Assembly: GCA_964035575.1 (NCBI GenBank)
Contig: OZ037840.1
Coordinates: 248,001-312,000 of the forward strand
Source: Rhynchopus sp. YZ270_cl-10
Taxonomy: Eukaryota
DNA length: 64,000 nucleotides
Direction of reading: 5' to 3'
Numbering within the stretch: position 1 is the stretch's first letter; each line of letters starts with the position of its first letter. The notes under the pieces are model-generated. The model was not told where the DNA came from. It was given only the letters and a program-made list of their open reading frames with translations, and did not search any database. The translations under genes and the position numbers were made by a program. This document shows, one piece after another, positions 44,188-56,568 of this stretch.

Positions 44188-44288
44188 CAGTTGGACAAGA
44201 AACTTGGCGACCAAAAAAAATTGGCGGATTTTGGGGGTTTTCTTGCAATTGGCGACTTTTTTGGTCGCCAATATTACTTGTCCAACTG
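44188..44288. mobile_element. Tc1/mariner-type MITE (TA TSD) in intron 3
   Basis: TIR cagttggacaag....ttggcgaccaaaaaa; ta flanks. Confidence 0.8.
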
Positions 44289-44587
44289 TAAATCTTAACG
44301 TACACTCTGTTGATTCTAAAAACGGGGGAGGGTAAAAAATTGCGGTAAATTGGGGAAGAGGTTGAAAAGTTGGAACGCTTCCTCACCCCTCCCAGATCAC
44401 ACACAGTGTACAATACAGTATAAAGCAAAGTCGCCCCCGAAGGGCTAAAATGAAGTTCGAAAGGTATGCAGATCAGCCCAATGGGGAGAGAGAGAAATTA
44501 CGTCCGGTCGGCTGTATTGTTAAACGTAAGCTTCTCATATGGAAGTCTTTGAAAGTCAAGCTCTCAGAGGTGGGACATGGTGCATAC

Positions 44588-44716
44588 CTGATCGACAGCG
44601 CGTGCAGCAGCCTGCATGTCGCTTGCGTTGCCAGCAGGGGTGTCGGGCTTGGCCATGACCTCTTTGATGGCAGCGGCAGGCTTGCCTTCTTCGAGGGCGG
44701 CTTGCTGTTCGGGTGT
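44588..44716 (-). CDS. Large EGF receptor gene, exon 3
   Basis: cacag|TPEQQAALEEGKPAAAIKEV...AARAVDQ|gtatgc; phase 0. Confidence 0.82.
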
Positions 44717-45065
44717 CTGTGGGGTGGTGGTTGTGGTTGTAGTTTTATTTCCCAACCCAACAATGATAAAAACGTGAAAATAAAAGCAAAATCAGAATAA
44801 ATTTGATGTTTTTATGAAGCACTCAACGAAGTGTGCCGGCTCTCTGGAGTCACGGAGCCACCAACACTCCCCCAGTCTTTTTTCCTACGCTTCCAGGAAA
44901 ACTCGCGTATCCGACTAGGACCAGAACGTTTTTGACTTGAAATACAAAATCCCTCCAGTGTTACTGACTCATGACAACCGAAGAAGGCGCTCTTTCATTG
45001 CCAGACGTATTGCGCTACTCATACAAAAGAAAAAAGAGCAAAAAAACCCCATGAAGGGCACATAC

Positions 45066-46781
45066 CAGAGCATCAGCATTCCACCTCTGCTCAGGCGCTG
45101 CTGCTGGCGTCAGTGCTTCCATGCCTCCCAGATCCCCTGGGAAGAAGTCGTTCTTTGCGTTGGTTTTGTCCTTCGCCTCTGGCGCACCACTAGCAGCAGC
45201 AGCAGCACCAACACCTGCAGCAGCCACCCCACCTCCGAGCAGCGGGTTCATCCCTTCCATGTCCCCGGGGCCGAAGGAGCCACCGCCACCACCCAACGCA
45301 GCAGGAGGTGCGCCACCGAGCAGTGGTTCCTGGTCAGGCGTCGCCTGCTCCTTCAGGAGAGGCTCCATCCCGTCCTTCGACCCGGGGCCGAAGGTGTTCC
45401 CGTTGCCTCCGTTCGCGCTGCCGCCAAAGTTTACCCCAGATTTGCCTTCGTTGATCTTGTGTGCTTCCATATCCGTGAGGTCGCCGCCACCCCATTCACC
45501 ACTGGGGGATTTCTTTGGTGGCGGGGCCTTCTTCTTCTTGAGGAGCAGGTAGAGGGCGAGCGCCAGGCAGCAGAGGATGAGGAGGATGAGGAGCAGGACG
45601 AGCCAGCCGAGGCACATCCCGCCTATCTCGAAGAGGAGGCAGTCGTTGCCGCCGCTGTTGCTGGTGGGGTCGGTTGCGCCTTGTGTTTCGCGGAGGCAGT
45701 CTGGGGGCTCGTAGCCGGGGTTGCAGAAGCAGCCGCCGGTGTTCCAGTCGCAGATGCCGTTGCTGGAGCAGTTGAGGGCGGCTTCGCAGTAGACCGTGCA
45801 GGAGACGCTGTGGACGCCGGGGGGGAACCAGTTGGGGAGGCATTCGCTGCAGTTGCTGCCGACGTGGTTTTGCTTGCAGTCGCAGCCGCCGTCCTCGCGG
45901 CAGGTGCCGCGGTTGTTGCAGTCCTTTGCTTGATCGCAGGTTGTGGAGATGCTGCAGTTGTCGCCTATCCAGTTTGTGTTGCAGTCGCATAGTCCGGTGC
46001 CCCAGGCGCATTTGCCGTTGTCGCTGCAGGTGGTGGTGGGCTCGCAGTAGATGGTGCATGCGTCGGTGCCGGTGCCAGGGGGGTAGAGGTTGGGCTCGCA
46101 TTCTGCGCAGTGCTTTCCGGTGAAGCCTGCGTTGCATTGGCAGATGCCGGTGGGGGAGCAGGTGCCTCGGTTGGAGCAGAGCTCGTCTGTGCATTCAATG
46201 GAGCAGTCGTCGTTGTACCAGTTGGGCTGGCAGTCGCAGACGGGGAGGGTCGAGTCCAGGTTGCATTCACCGTGGGAGCTGCAGTTGGCGCTGCGTTCGC
46301 AGAAGAGGTCGCAGCTAGGGGGGTTCGGCTGGGAGGAGTAGTAGTTCACCGCGCATTCGGTGCAGTTGTCGCCGCCAAACCCAGGCGTGGTGCACACACA
46401 GTAGCCCTGGTCGTTGCAGTTGCCTCTAGCGTTGCAGGTCGCATCGTCGTCGCAGTATTGGTTGCAGAAGCCCTCAGGGAAGTACTGCGGTGAGCATTTG
46501 TCGCATGTGGTTCCAGTGAAGTAGCCGTCCTGGAGGTTCTGGTAGCATTCGCAGCCCATATCCCCGCAGGTGCCGTGGTGGTTGCAGAAGGAGGGGGAGC
46601 AGATGAGGTTGCAGACACCGTCGGGGTAGAAGGTGGTTGCGCATTGGCCGCACTTAATGCCCGAGAAGGTGCCGCTGCCGCCTTTGGACATCTCGTCGCA
46701 GTCGCATTCGAAGTTGTTGCATTCACCGTGCCCAGAGCAGTAGGAGTCACGGCTGCAGGATTCGTTGCAGCCAGTGGTGGT
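45066..46781 (-). CDS. Large EGF receptor gene, exon 2: laminin-type EGF repeats, TM helix and start of the cytoplasmic tail
   Basis: accag|TTTGCNESCSRDSYCSGHG...; repeated C..HG.C...C.C...G..C..C units; TM WLVLLILLILCCLALALYLLL followed by KKKK; donor gtatgt at 45065. Confidence 0.88.
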
Positions 46782-47179
46782 CTGGTGGGGTGGGATGTGG
46801 TTGTTTGTTGATAGATTTAGAATGGTTAACGCCTGAACGGAGTATAGTGTGTGTACTATGTGGTGTACTATAAGATGCTTAAGATTTAGTCAAAATGGTG
46901 GAAAAGAGACGTTGAAAAGAGTGGGAAGCAAAAAAGGGGGAAGTGGGGGTTTTGTGGAGCTCTCGTGTAATGGGGTGGTTGGAAGGTTTTTCAGTTGGTT
47001 TTAATTGGTAAAGGTGTAAAAAAAAAAAAAGGGTGTCGAGAGCAAGCTTTTGGGGTGAGGAAAGGAAAGAAAGTGAAGTTATTAATGCAGGCACCTCCGA
47101 CAAAGAAAGTGAAGTTGATAGTGCAAACGCCTCTGGGACGCAGGCACTGACACTCCGCGGGTTATCGAACCCCGGAGTG

Positions 47180-48150
47180 TTGCGCATGGGAGTGGTTTAC
47201 AGGGAAAGAAAAGCGGGGGCGTATGCCCACAGGGCAGTCCATGAAGAGGGGACTCAGGGGGGGACTCTGAGGGGGGGAGGGGTGTGTGTTGCATACATAA
47301 CTACCCCGCCACTGTGGGTCGCATTGGCAGTAGTGCGGAATGGCGAGGACCCAGTCCTCAATGCATTCACCGTTCCCGCTGCAGTTGCCGGCCCTGTCGC
47401 AAGACTGTGGTGGTGGTGTAGTGTCGGATGCCCATTGAGTAATTCTTGCGCAGAATATGGCCCTTCGTTGTGTGCTGTGTTTACGAACACCGCTTCATAA
47501 AAACAATACTAGACAGGAGACAAGACAGTGGGCACGACACAGTTGCAACAGAGTTGCAACAACAAGATAACAGGTGGGGAAACGCTAACCTTCATGCTCA
47601 ACATGCTGACGAAAAAAAACACGCGGGGAGTTGTGGAAGCTCCAAAACTGCAACATTTTTTTTTCTGAGGACTTCAACAACACCTCGGGAGCGAAGGTGA
47701 CAAAAAAGGGGGCATTCTGAACAGCTTTTTTGGACGAAGTCGCATTTCCGTGTATAGGATGGCGGTTGGAGCAGACGTGTTCAGGAATAGGACAAAGAAC
47801 TGAAAGGCGACCGACACAGATGACATCTGAAATGAAGGGCAGTCTTGTCACCAAGACCATATGTATGGAGGCCTCGACCTTCCTACCCTCACCCCTGTCT
47901 ACAACGCATTGTTGAGCACCGCTTCGTCGCAATGGTTTGAGACGATCCAACAAACGCCTTCACAAAGACGTCACTGCCCACTATAAAGTGGTGAGCGAGA
48001 GGCTGTGCCAGTTGAAGGAGAAAGCGGGTGCGACCCGAAACCGCAGACACAGATATCTGATACGTGAGGACAAAGAAACGCGACGAGGGACATTGTGGTA
48101 TGACAAAAAAGTTTACGAAAGTAGTGTTGCAGGAGTCCTCCCCTTGAAAT
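47180..48150 (+). pseudogene. Decayed non-LTR retrotransposon RT fragment in intron 1
   Basis: Ordered degenerate RT motifs VGCPLS..PSLCAVF, HAQHADE (YADD position) and YGGLDLP, across frameshifts. Confidence 0.55.
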
Positions 48151-48292
48151 AGAAACATCATTTGTTCAAAACAAAAAGGTGTTATCAGATGACCCTAAGC
48201 CGTGCTTACGTTATCCAATGAATTTATTCAAAAAGGCAAAAAGTGAAGTTGGTAAATGCAAACCACCTAGGGTGTGGCACTAAGAAACATAC

Positions 48293-50410
48293 CAAATCAC
48301 AGGCAGGATATTTGTAGAACGGGGCCATGCATTGGTCACATCTTGGTCCATCGAAATGCGGGTCACATTTGCACGTTCCGTCCATATTGCATACACCGTT
48401 CCCATTGCAGGTGTCCTCCGCCTTGCAGTAGATGCAGTCCGGGTATTTGAAGTGGTCAGCAGCACAGTCGTCGCAGGCTGCTCCCGTGAAGTTCGCGTCG
48501 CAGTTGCATTCACCAACACGGATGTCGGGGAGGCAGTCACCATGTGTCGAGCAGTTCAGGTCTCGTGTGCAGAACACATTGCACACCTTCTCTGGGAACA
48601 GACACACCCCGCTTGCCGCCGCTGCTCCAGGGAAATTCGCTTGGGTTAAAGGGCATTCAGCGCATTCGGTGCAGTTAGGGTTGACGGAAATATCCTTGAG
48701 TTGCGGTTCACATAGCTCGCATCTGGCCCCGGTGAAGCCGTCGAAGCAGGCGCAGGAGAGCGCGTTGCTGCATACACAGTTGTTGTCCAGCTCGCATTCC
48801 GCTGGAATGATGATGCTAACGTACATCGAGGCAACATTCCCAAAAATGTCGATCGCGAGAACCGACATCTTGTAGATCGTCCTTTCGAGGTATTTCATTT
48901 CAATCCGATCCGGGTGGTTTGCCACGATATGCGACCCCTTAAATTTAAATCTCCCTTCCGCCCCTCCATCCGTAAGCTGCCATTGCTTGATACGAACACA
49001 GCTTCCATTTGCGAAGAGCTCTCCAAAAGAGGCTTCCTTTGGAATGGCACGATACCAATCATGCTCGTGGTCTTCGGGCTCCCAATTCAAATCAAAACAA
49101 CCGTCCACAGGGCAAGCCAGCGAGGCGGGTTCTAACGCAAAGGTGATGTTCTGTCTGCTTGACCACAACGGAGGGGTGGAGGTATCGGACACGATGTACT
49201 CACATTCTTCGACATTGATTTCACCACTGTTCGACCGCGTAATCAGCTGCGCCTCTGGGGTGAATTCAAAGGACCCATCTGCCTGAATGACCAAAGTCGA
49301 TCCCTCCTTGCAAATATGGGTAGTCCCTGTACTCTGCGTCTGCGGATCCTGTCCAAACGTAGGGGCAACCTGAATGTTCATATTCTTGAGAAGCGGCGAC
49401 CAATCGTTTGCTAAGGCGCCTTCGAAGGCCGCAACGGTCATTTTCAGAAACTGATCTCTTCCTGGAGAGTTCCGTTCCACGCCGTAGAAATCCTCTGCAG
49501 TTACCGGTGCAGTTTGCCCCGGCTGAAGCTTAAAGAGACGTACATTCCCATAAATAACCCCATGCTGCGAGAGGTTGTACCAAGCAATCCTCCCTTTCCT
49601 CCAACCCTTCTTTGTGTTGGTCGCTGGGGGCACCGGAGTCACTGGTGAATAGCATTTTGCGTCGTTAACATTTGTTTGCGTATTTGCCTCGCATTTTACA
49701 ACAAGCTGCCATTGCTCAAAATTGAAAAGCTCCACCCCCGCGACAGCAATCGTAATACGCTCCTCAGAAAACAGAATCTGGAATGGATACTCAATCTTCT
49801 CCTCCCACCCATCGGAGTCGACCTGGTCAATCAGAAGGCACCCTACGTTCTCTCGGTTGGTCTGCGCGTTGTTTCCATTTGAGGTACGATACCAAAAACA
49901 GTCTCCAATCGTTCCTCCACTATGCGTAAAGTCCTGCACCGCGTGGGAGCCGTTGAGTTTCTGCAAAGTGTACTGTGAGTGAACGGGGTTCGGACCGGAG
50001 GCGCCCTTGCCTCCCCAAGAGAAGAGGAGACCGTCATACGTCCACTGATCGCTTGGGGTAGGTCCGTGGAAGCCGACTGCCATACCCAGAAAGTCATCAT
50101 CCGCCTTGACCGGGGATCCGTCGGAGTTTACCTGCGGTCTGACTGAAACGGTTCCGGTGATGACAACGTCAATGATGTCTTGATCCTCCGACATATAAAA
50201 CCCAGGTCCCGGTGTGTTCACATACTGCTTGACAGTTCTTCCTGCATCCTGAACCTCCCATCTCCCTTTCAGCCCAGCCTGCAGCCATGACGACATATCC
50301 AACCACGACTCTGACGCAGCCGAAGGACAATACGAAGTGTAATTAGCGGCGTTCGCAAACACGCTATCAATACACAGCACCGCAGCAAACCATAGGGTTA
50401 GCTGCCGCAT
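48293..50410 (-). CDS. Large EGF receptor gene, exon 1: signal peptide, thrombospondin-C-like lectin domain, Ig/cadherin-like domains, EGF repeats
   Basis: Signal MRQLTLWFAAVLCIDSVFA; WEVQDAGRTVKQYVN..DDDFLGMAVGF (TSP-C-like); TAEDFY..GALANDW..IQADGSFEFTP (Big_9/VCBS-like); EGF repeats; donor gtatgt at 48292. Confidence 0.88.
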
Positions 50411-50655
50411 GTTTTATATTCTCTCCGCTGTTAACAAAGAAGAAAAGGGGGGGTAAAAATGGGTCCCTTTTTAAGCCCTGAAAAACACCCTCTTTTTTTT
50501 GTGTAATATTCGGGGTATGTTTTACACCACCAAGAGAGGGGGGTGGTGGTGGGGGTGTGTGCTACCCACTCTGTGGAGGGGGTGTGGTGAAGGTGGTTGG
50601 GGGAGTTGAATGGGCTTGTGATGAAGTTGTTTTTTTTCACTTTTTTTGATATTAT

Positions 50656-50750
50656 TTGGTGCGGCTAAAGGGAGGTGCTATTTTGATTTTATGCTATGTT
50701 CTGCTACTTTCTGCTATTTTCTGCTATTTTGGGGTCGCCAGCCACACCAA
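50656..50750. mobile_element. Mini-MITE of the TGGTG family upstream of the receptor gene
   Basis: ttggtgcggct...agccacaccaa; attat duplication; tgctatttt repeats. Confidence 0.65.
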
Positions 50751-51632
50751 ATTATCGATGATTCTGTTTGGTTTATAAGATGAAGGCAATTCGAGTGGGG
50801 GTACACATCATGTACTGTCTAGGGTGTTATGTGACGAGGCTCATGAAGACAGAAGAACACTGCTGGCAAAAAAGGAACTGCTCGAGTAGCTATCAGGATA
50901 CACATCAGTACAGCTGGATTGTGTTCTGTATTACTATGGTTTGGAATCAGACTGAGTCAGACTGACTTTTGGGCCAGGCCGAGGATCGGACTCTTCTTGC
51001 ACTACGAGAGGGGTGCGAGAAGAGTCAATGTGACTCAGACTGACAAACCATGTATTACGATCGAGAAATTTATCATAATACAGTCATTATGGTGGTGGTG
51101 ATTGGGTGGGTTTCATGGCTGTATTCAACAAGGGGAAATCTTTTTTTATTTATTGCTTTTTTATCGCATCGACCAGCCTCCAAGATGGTAGGGTTCTGAC
51201 TACTCAATAATGCCATCCCTCCAAAAGGGGTTGGGAGTGAGGGGGGGGTGGGAGGTCAGTGTTGTGGGTTTTGGCATTTAAAACATTTAAAACGTTTCAA
51301 ATGTTTGCCGGTGGGGGAGGGGGTTTTAACTTGAACCAACTTAGGTCTGTTAGGAAGGCTGCTGACGGTCAAAAGGTTTTTGGAGAGGGAAAAAAAAAAG
51401 AAGGAAAAAAAAAACTGTGGAAGGATGAAGAATACCGCGATGCAGGGAAACAAAAGAAGAACGGATTATAAGATGAACCTAAGCCTCTCTGTGCTTAGTC
51501 ACCTTGAAAAGAAAAGTGTGCTTCTTGTACACGCACAACAAAGATAGGCTCGCGGGGCATCTAACTGTTTCGCATTGTATTTTTGAGAAGGGGAGGGGTG
51601 GAATGGGACTCAGAAGCACATCAGTCAATTCG

Positions 51633-51663
<31 letters not shown>

Positions 51664-51720
51664 GAAAAAACAAAAGTATGCCAACAATATGCATTCAATA
51701 AATTGATAGCATAGGTTATA

Positions 51721-52496
51721 TGGTGTGGCTGAACCCAAAAAAAAGGGTATTATTTAGCAGTTTGTTAGCACTTTGTTAGCATGCATTTTTGGGGGGGTGG
51801 TGTATAAAAACTTTTTTCCCCACGGGTGTTGGAAAAAAAAATTTTTTTTTTCGTTGGTGAGCTTTTTAACGCCGGCATTTGCATTTCCGGAATCCGTCCG
51901 GCCAGTGGTGGGGTCAATTCGCCGAAATGGACAAGTTCTCGTTTTTGGTCAATTTCCGCAGTATACACAGTATACACAGTATACACAGTATACACAGTAT
52001 ACACAGTATACACAGTATACACAGTATACACAGTATACACAGTATACACAGTATACACAGTATACACAGTATACACAGTATACACAGTATACACAGTATA
52101 CACAGTATACACAGTATACACAGTATACACAGTATACACAGTATACACAGTATACACAGTATACACAGTATACACAGTATACACAGTATACACAGTATAC
52201 ACAGTATACACAGCATACTCAGGGGAAAACTCACTTTGTGGGCGCCGCAGGCGCACGGTACGCGTTTTTCGTGATTTTTTCCAGCCCCGTTCTGTGCGTT
52301 CTTTTGACTCAGCGAGTCGATTGCATTCAACGGTGGGGTCACACATGGGTATGCAAGAGTGGAGGCGCGCCAACAGGGGGAGTGGAAAAACCAAGGTAAA
52401 AAAATGTTTTTGTACACCACCCCTAAAAAAAGGGTATTATTTAGCAGTTTGTTAGCAGTTCTTTAGCAGTGAAATTTGCTGGTTTCAGCCACACCA
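51721..52496. mobile_element. MITE TGGTGTGGCTGAA, copy 2 (expanded 9-mer array)
   Basis: 5-bp TSD ttata; reverse-complement homologue of 24060-24620. Confidence 0.9.
51959..52213. repeat. (GTATACACA)n satellite, ~28 units
   Basis: Tandem array. Confidence 0.97.
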
Positions 52497-53356
52497 TTAT
52501 AGGGATCAACAAAAAAAAATGTTCCTAACTTTCTTTTTTATGTGGCATGTTTTGCAAAATATAAAAAGGGTGAAGTTGACATCAGCTAAACGCTTCAACT
52601 TTAAAAAAAAAAAATGCAAGATGAGTGTACCTCTCGTACACGCATATCTTGAAAAGACAGAAAACGCTTTTTGATTTTTTTTTTTTTTTGTTTTTTTTAT
52701 TACTTGTTGTATTTTTTTTTAGACTACCATCACGGGATAGCAAGCCACGATTTCTTTTTTTTCTTCACAGGATTCCTAAAAAGAGAGAAACTAAAAAACC
52801 GGGTCTGGCAAAACGCACCGTATTTTTTGGTGTGCCATTTTTCGAAAACCACAAAAAAAATTTTTGTTTCGCATGACTTCTTTTGAAAAAGAAGTCACAG
52901 AAGAGGGGGAGGAAAGAAAAAAGAAAAGTTTGTAAGATGAACCTAAGCATATCATGCTTGGCCACCTTCAGGACTGGAAAGAAAAGAAAAAGAAGGGGAA
53001 AGAGAAAAAGCCAGAGTCACGTGCACACACTAAACTGCCTAGATTGTAGGTAGTGAAACACTAGTAACTCTGATAGGTAAAAGGGAAAAAGGCTTTTTCG
53101 TTGATTGCTCAATTACCCCTGTTGGAGGGGGGGTGGTTGGCGACCGTATCGGAGGAGCTATTTCTCCTTTAAAGCTACGCTTTGTAGGTATACAAATAAA
53201 AATGGAAATGAAAATAAATTTTTTTGGTGTGACTGAATGGGCCCGGGGTGGGGGGGCGCAAAAAGTGCGCAAGAAGTGCGAATCAGCCCTCGATTTTTTT
53301 TTTTCGTGTGGAGTGGAAAAAAAAGTGCGCAAAAAGTGCGAATCACCCCCTTTCAG

Positions 53357-54761
53357 CAGGGCATATCCTAAATATGAGGTCTGAGCGGCCAAATTTGCCA
53401 AAAGGGTGCAAAAAAAAAGGGGCGGATTTTTTTTTTTGATTTTTTTTCCAGGTTTCATCGTTGGTGGCGCTTTTAAACATCGGCATTTGCATTTCCGGAA
53501 TCCGTCCGGCCAGTGGTGGGGTCAATTTGCCGAAATGGACAAGTTCTCGTTTTTGGTCAATTTCCTCAGTACACAGTATACACAGTATACACAGTATACA
53601 CAGTATACACAGTATACACAGTATACACAGTATACACAGTATACACAGTATACACAGTATACACAGTATACACAGTATACACAGTATACACAGTATACAC
53701 AGTATACACAGTATACACAGTATACACAGTATACACAGTATACACAGTATACACAGTATACACAGTATACACAGTATACACAGTATACACAGTATACACA
53801 GTATACACAGTATACACAGTATACACAGTATACACAGTATACACAGTATACACAGTATACACAGTATACACAGTATACACAGTATACACAGTATACACAG
53901 TATACACAGTATACACAGTATACACAGTATACACAGTATACACAGTATACACAGTATACACAGTATACACAGTATAGTACACACGGGGTCCACCAATCGT
54001 TTGGATTGTCGACATTTCGCAGAGTCACCAAAGTGTAAGATTTTTTCGGCATTGGAAAGATTGGGCCATTTCTGAGAACTTCAATAAATCAGATCTCTGA
54101 GAGATTTGTTTTTAATTCCCATTTTCATGTCGCGAGTTTACGTGGAAACGCCTTTGAAACCGTGTGTTCTTTAAGGATTCTTTAGGCAAAACAGGCGTTT
54201 TGCACCAAAAACCACAAGTTTCAACACAAAACCCGGTTTTTTGGCCCAGACCCGTGTATGTGGCGCCGAAAACACGCTTGCGCGTTATCAGAACCCTGCG
54301 TGGGCCACACACGGTCGTGCACACGTGCCCTTTGCCTTGTCACACAACCCACGTTTTCACACCCAAAAACGACAAAGCCGTTTGTGGGCAAAAACCACCC
54401 AAAAACCCACACACAGGGGTTTGCGAGTGTTAAGGATTAGCAAACCCAAATATACAGTACACAGTACACAGTACACAGGTACACAAAAAACTAGAAAACG
54501 ACACTTCGCTGCGACCACGGGCCACCCCATAGGGGGTGAATTTTTTCACACCGAAAATGGTGTTTTTGGACTGTTTCGCACCAGATCTTTCCAAATATTT
54601 TTTTTACGGGCACTTTTGTCAAGTAGGTTTCCCCTTAGACCCCCTAGACCCCTCGTGCAAAAAAAGGGGGCAACGTGGGACCTTATAGCCGTGCAAAAAA
54701 AAGGGGCGCACTTTTTTTCAAAAACCCGCGGGTACCGGGTACAGACTTAGGATATGCCCTG
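53357..54761. mobile_element. hAT-type element containing a 9-mer satellite
   Basis: TIR cagggcatatcctaa; 8-bp TSD cctttcag; apparently inserted into the end of a tggtgtgactgaa mini-element starting ~53225. Confidence 0.88.
53573..53975. repeat. (GTATACACA)n satellite, ~45 units
   Basis: Tandem array. Confidence 0.97.
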
Positions 54762-55770
54762 CCTTTCAGCCATTTTTTTTGTTGTGTCGACAATCACCTG
54801 CTAGTGCAGGATCTGTACTCAATGTCGCCCGAAGGCTATTGAACTTAAAAGATATAGACGGAGGTCGTCCTCAACTCTGGAAAATCACTTTTATTTGTTG
54901 TTTTTTTTTTTTTTTTTTTTTTGGTATATTTTGTTGGATTAGTGTAACTGCCACATTGACACATCGTCACTGTCTTTTTTTTTTTGTTGTCCGAAATCTA
55001 GCGGGGAGTATCCTCACTGCGATTGGGCAGGGACAGGGGGAGGGGGGCAGTTTCCCTTTTTTCCTAGGGGGCTCGGCCCCTTTATGCTTTGAACACTTTT
55101 TTTTGTTGAAACTTGGTTGTGTAAAAGCATCGACACCTCGCAAAAGGCACCGCTATCTTTTTTGTTGTTATTTGCTAATTTGTTTGGAGTAGTGTAGTTG
55201 CCTCGGGTTGTGTTGCCACAGTTTTGTGCAAATCTCCACTGTCTTTGAGTTTTCGAGTTTCGTTTGCATTTAATAAACAGTTCTGATAGTACTGTAGATA
55301 TATTTTTTCCCCCGAACACGTAGTGTATTAAGAAACTAAACAAAAAAAAAAAAGAAAGCCAACGTTCAGATCTTGTATAACAGTATTTTCCCCTTGAATC
55401 CTTTCACCTTTGCGCCAAACAGGTTTTTACCCCTATTTGGCTGCGTTTTCAACGAAAAAAAAAACACTGTAATTTTTATTGTATCAATGTCAGTTGGTGG
55501 GGGTGATAATTGTCTAGTTTTAATAGAAAAGAGAGAGAGAAAAAAATGGATTCGCAACACTGATGACAATTCTCTTCTACCTCGTTTGGGATTGACCGTC
55601 CTTTTGGGGGGTTCCACTGAATCCTGTTCGTGTACTGGAAGTGGAAGGCGGGGGGAGGAGGGCAACAGGGTTTTCCGCGAAACGGGGGTAGTGCGAAAAC
55701 GATGCGATCTTGTGTGCTTGACCATCTTGGGCAGTGTACTGCTTTTTTTTTTAGAGAGAAAAAAAGGTTA

Positions 55771-56568
55771 GGGTAGGCACAATTTTTTTTTTGTTTAATG
55801 CTCGGTCGGGTCCCAAAAAGTTCCGCGCGCGCGCGCAGAAAAAAACACACAAAGAAAGTGAAGTTATTAATGCAGGCACCTCCGACTGACCCACGTACGA
55901 TGCCAGCCATCCGGATGAAAGCAAAGAAAAAAAAAACACACACACAGAGACACAGCAAAAATAAAACATCGAAGCCAGGCTGTTTTCTAATTCTGGAAAT
56001 TTTCCGGAAAATTCCGACATCCGGAAGCAATTTTTTTCCTTGAAAAAACAGTGGGTTTTCAGCCCAAACATGCCGCGATAGGCATTTCCAGAATCCGCTC
56101 CTTCTGTGGTGGGGGATATACAGAAAAACCGGCAAAATTTTAGTGGCATAAATTTCCACAAAATATGAACCCATCCTCATAAACAAGGGTCATTTTTAGG
56201 TCGGAAAATCCAAATTCGGATAAAATTGTGGCGTTCCTGACTGGGAACAGGTAGCGCCGCAGGCGCACGGTACCCAACGTTTGTCTTTTTCGTTTCCCCT
56301 TTTCTCTGCTTTCTTTTGATGCGCAAGCCGATTGCTCTCCACGGTGGGGTCACATGATAGAATTATATCATGTGACCCACTCGTATGGAGGATTCTGTGT
56401 TCGAAGATATTTGGTTGATTTTTCCCGTGGAGGAAGACGGGAGGGAAAGTCAAGATAACCTGTTGACGTAAGGCAATGTTTTTTTTTTCTTCCATGTTTT
56501 TTTTTTTTTGGAATCTCAAAATTTTCCGCGCGCGCGAGCATTAAACAAAAAAAAAAGTGTGCCTACCC
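55771..56568. mobile_element. Non-autonomous relative of 23391-28026 (GGG..CCC, TTA TSD)
   Basis: TIR gggtaggcaca.ttttttttttgtttaatgctcg; TTA at 55768-55770 and 56569-56571. Confidence 0.85.

Noticed and set aside
43755..48292. Non-canonical (euglenid or marine-diplonemid type) introns
   Set aside because: Every intron I could model is canonical GT-AG with a GTATG donor.
30312..50750. Inverted tggtgtggc..ccccaaaatagcag repeats suggesting one 20-kb transposon carrying the receptor gene
   Set aside because: Each end is a self-contained mini-MITE with its own flanking duplication, and there is no shared TSD.
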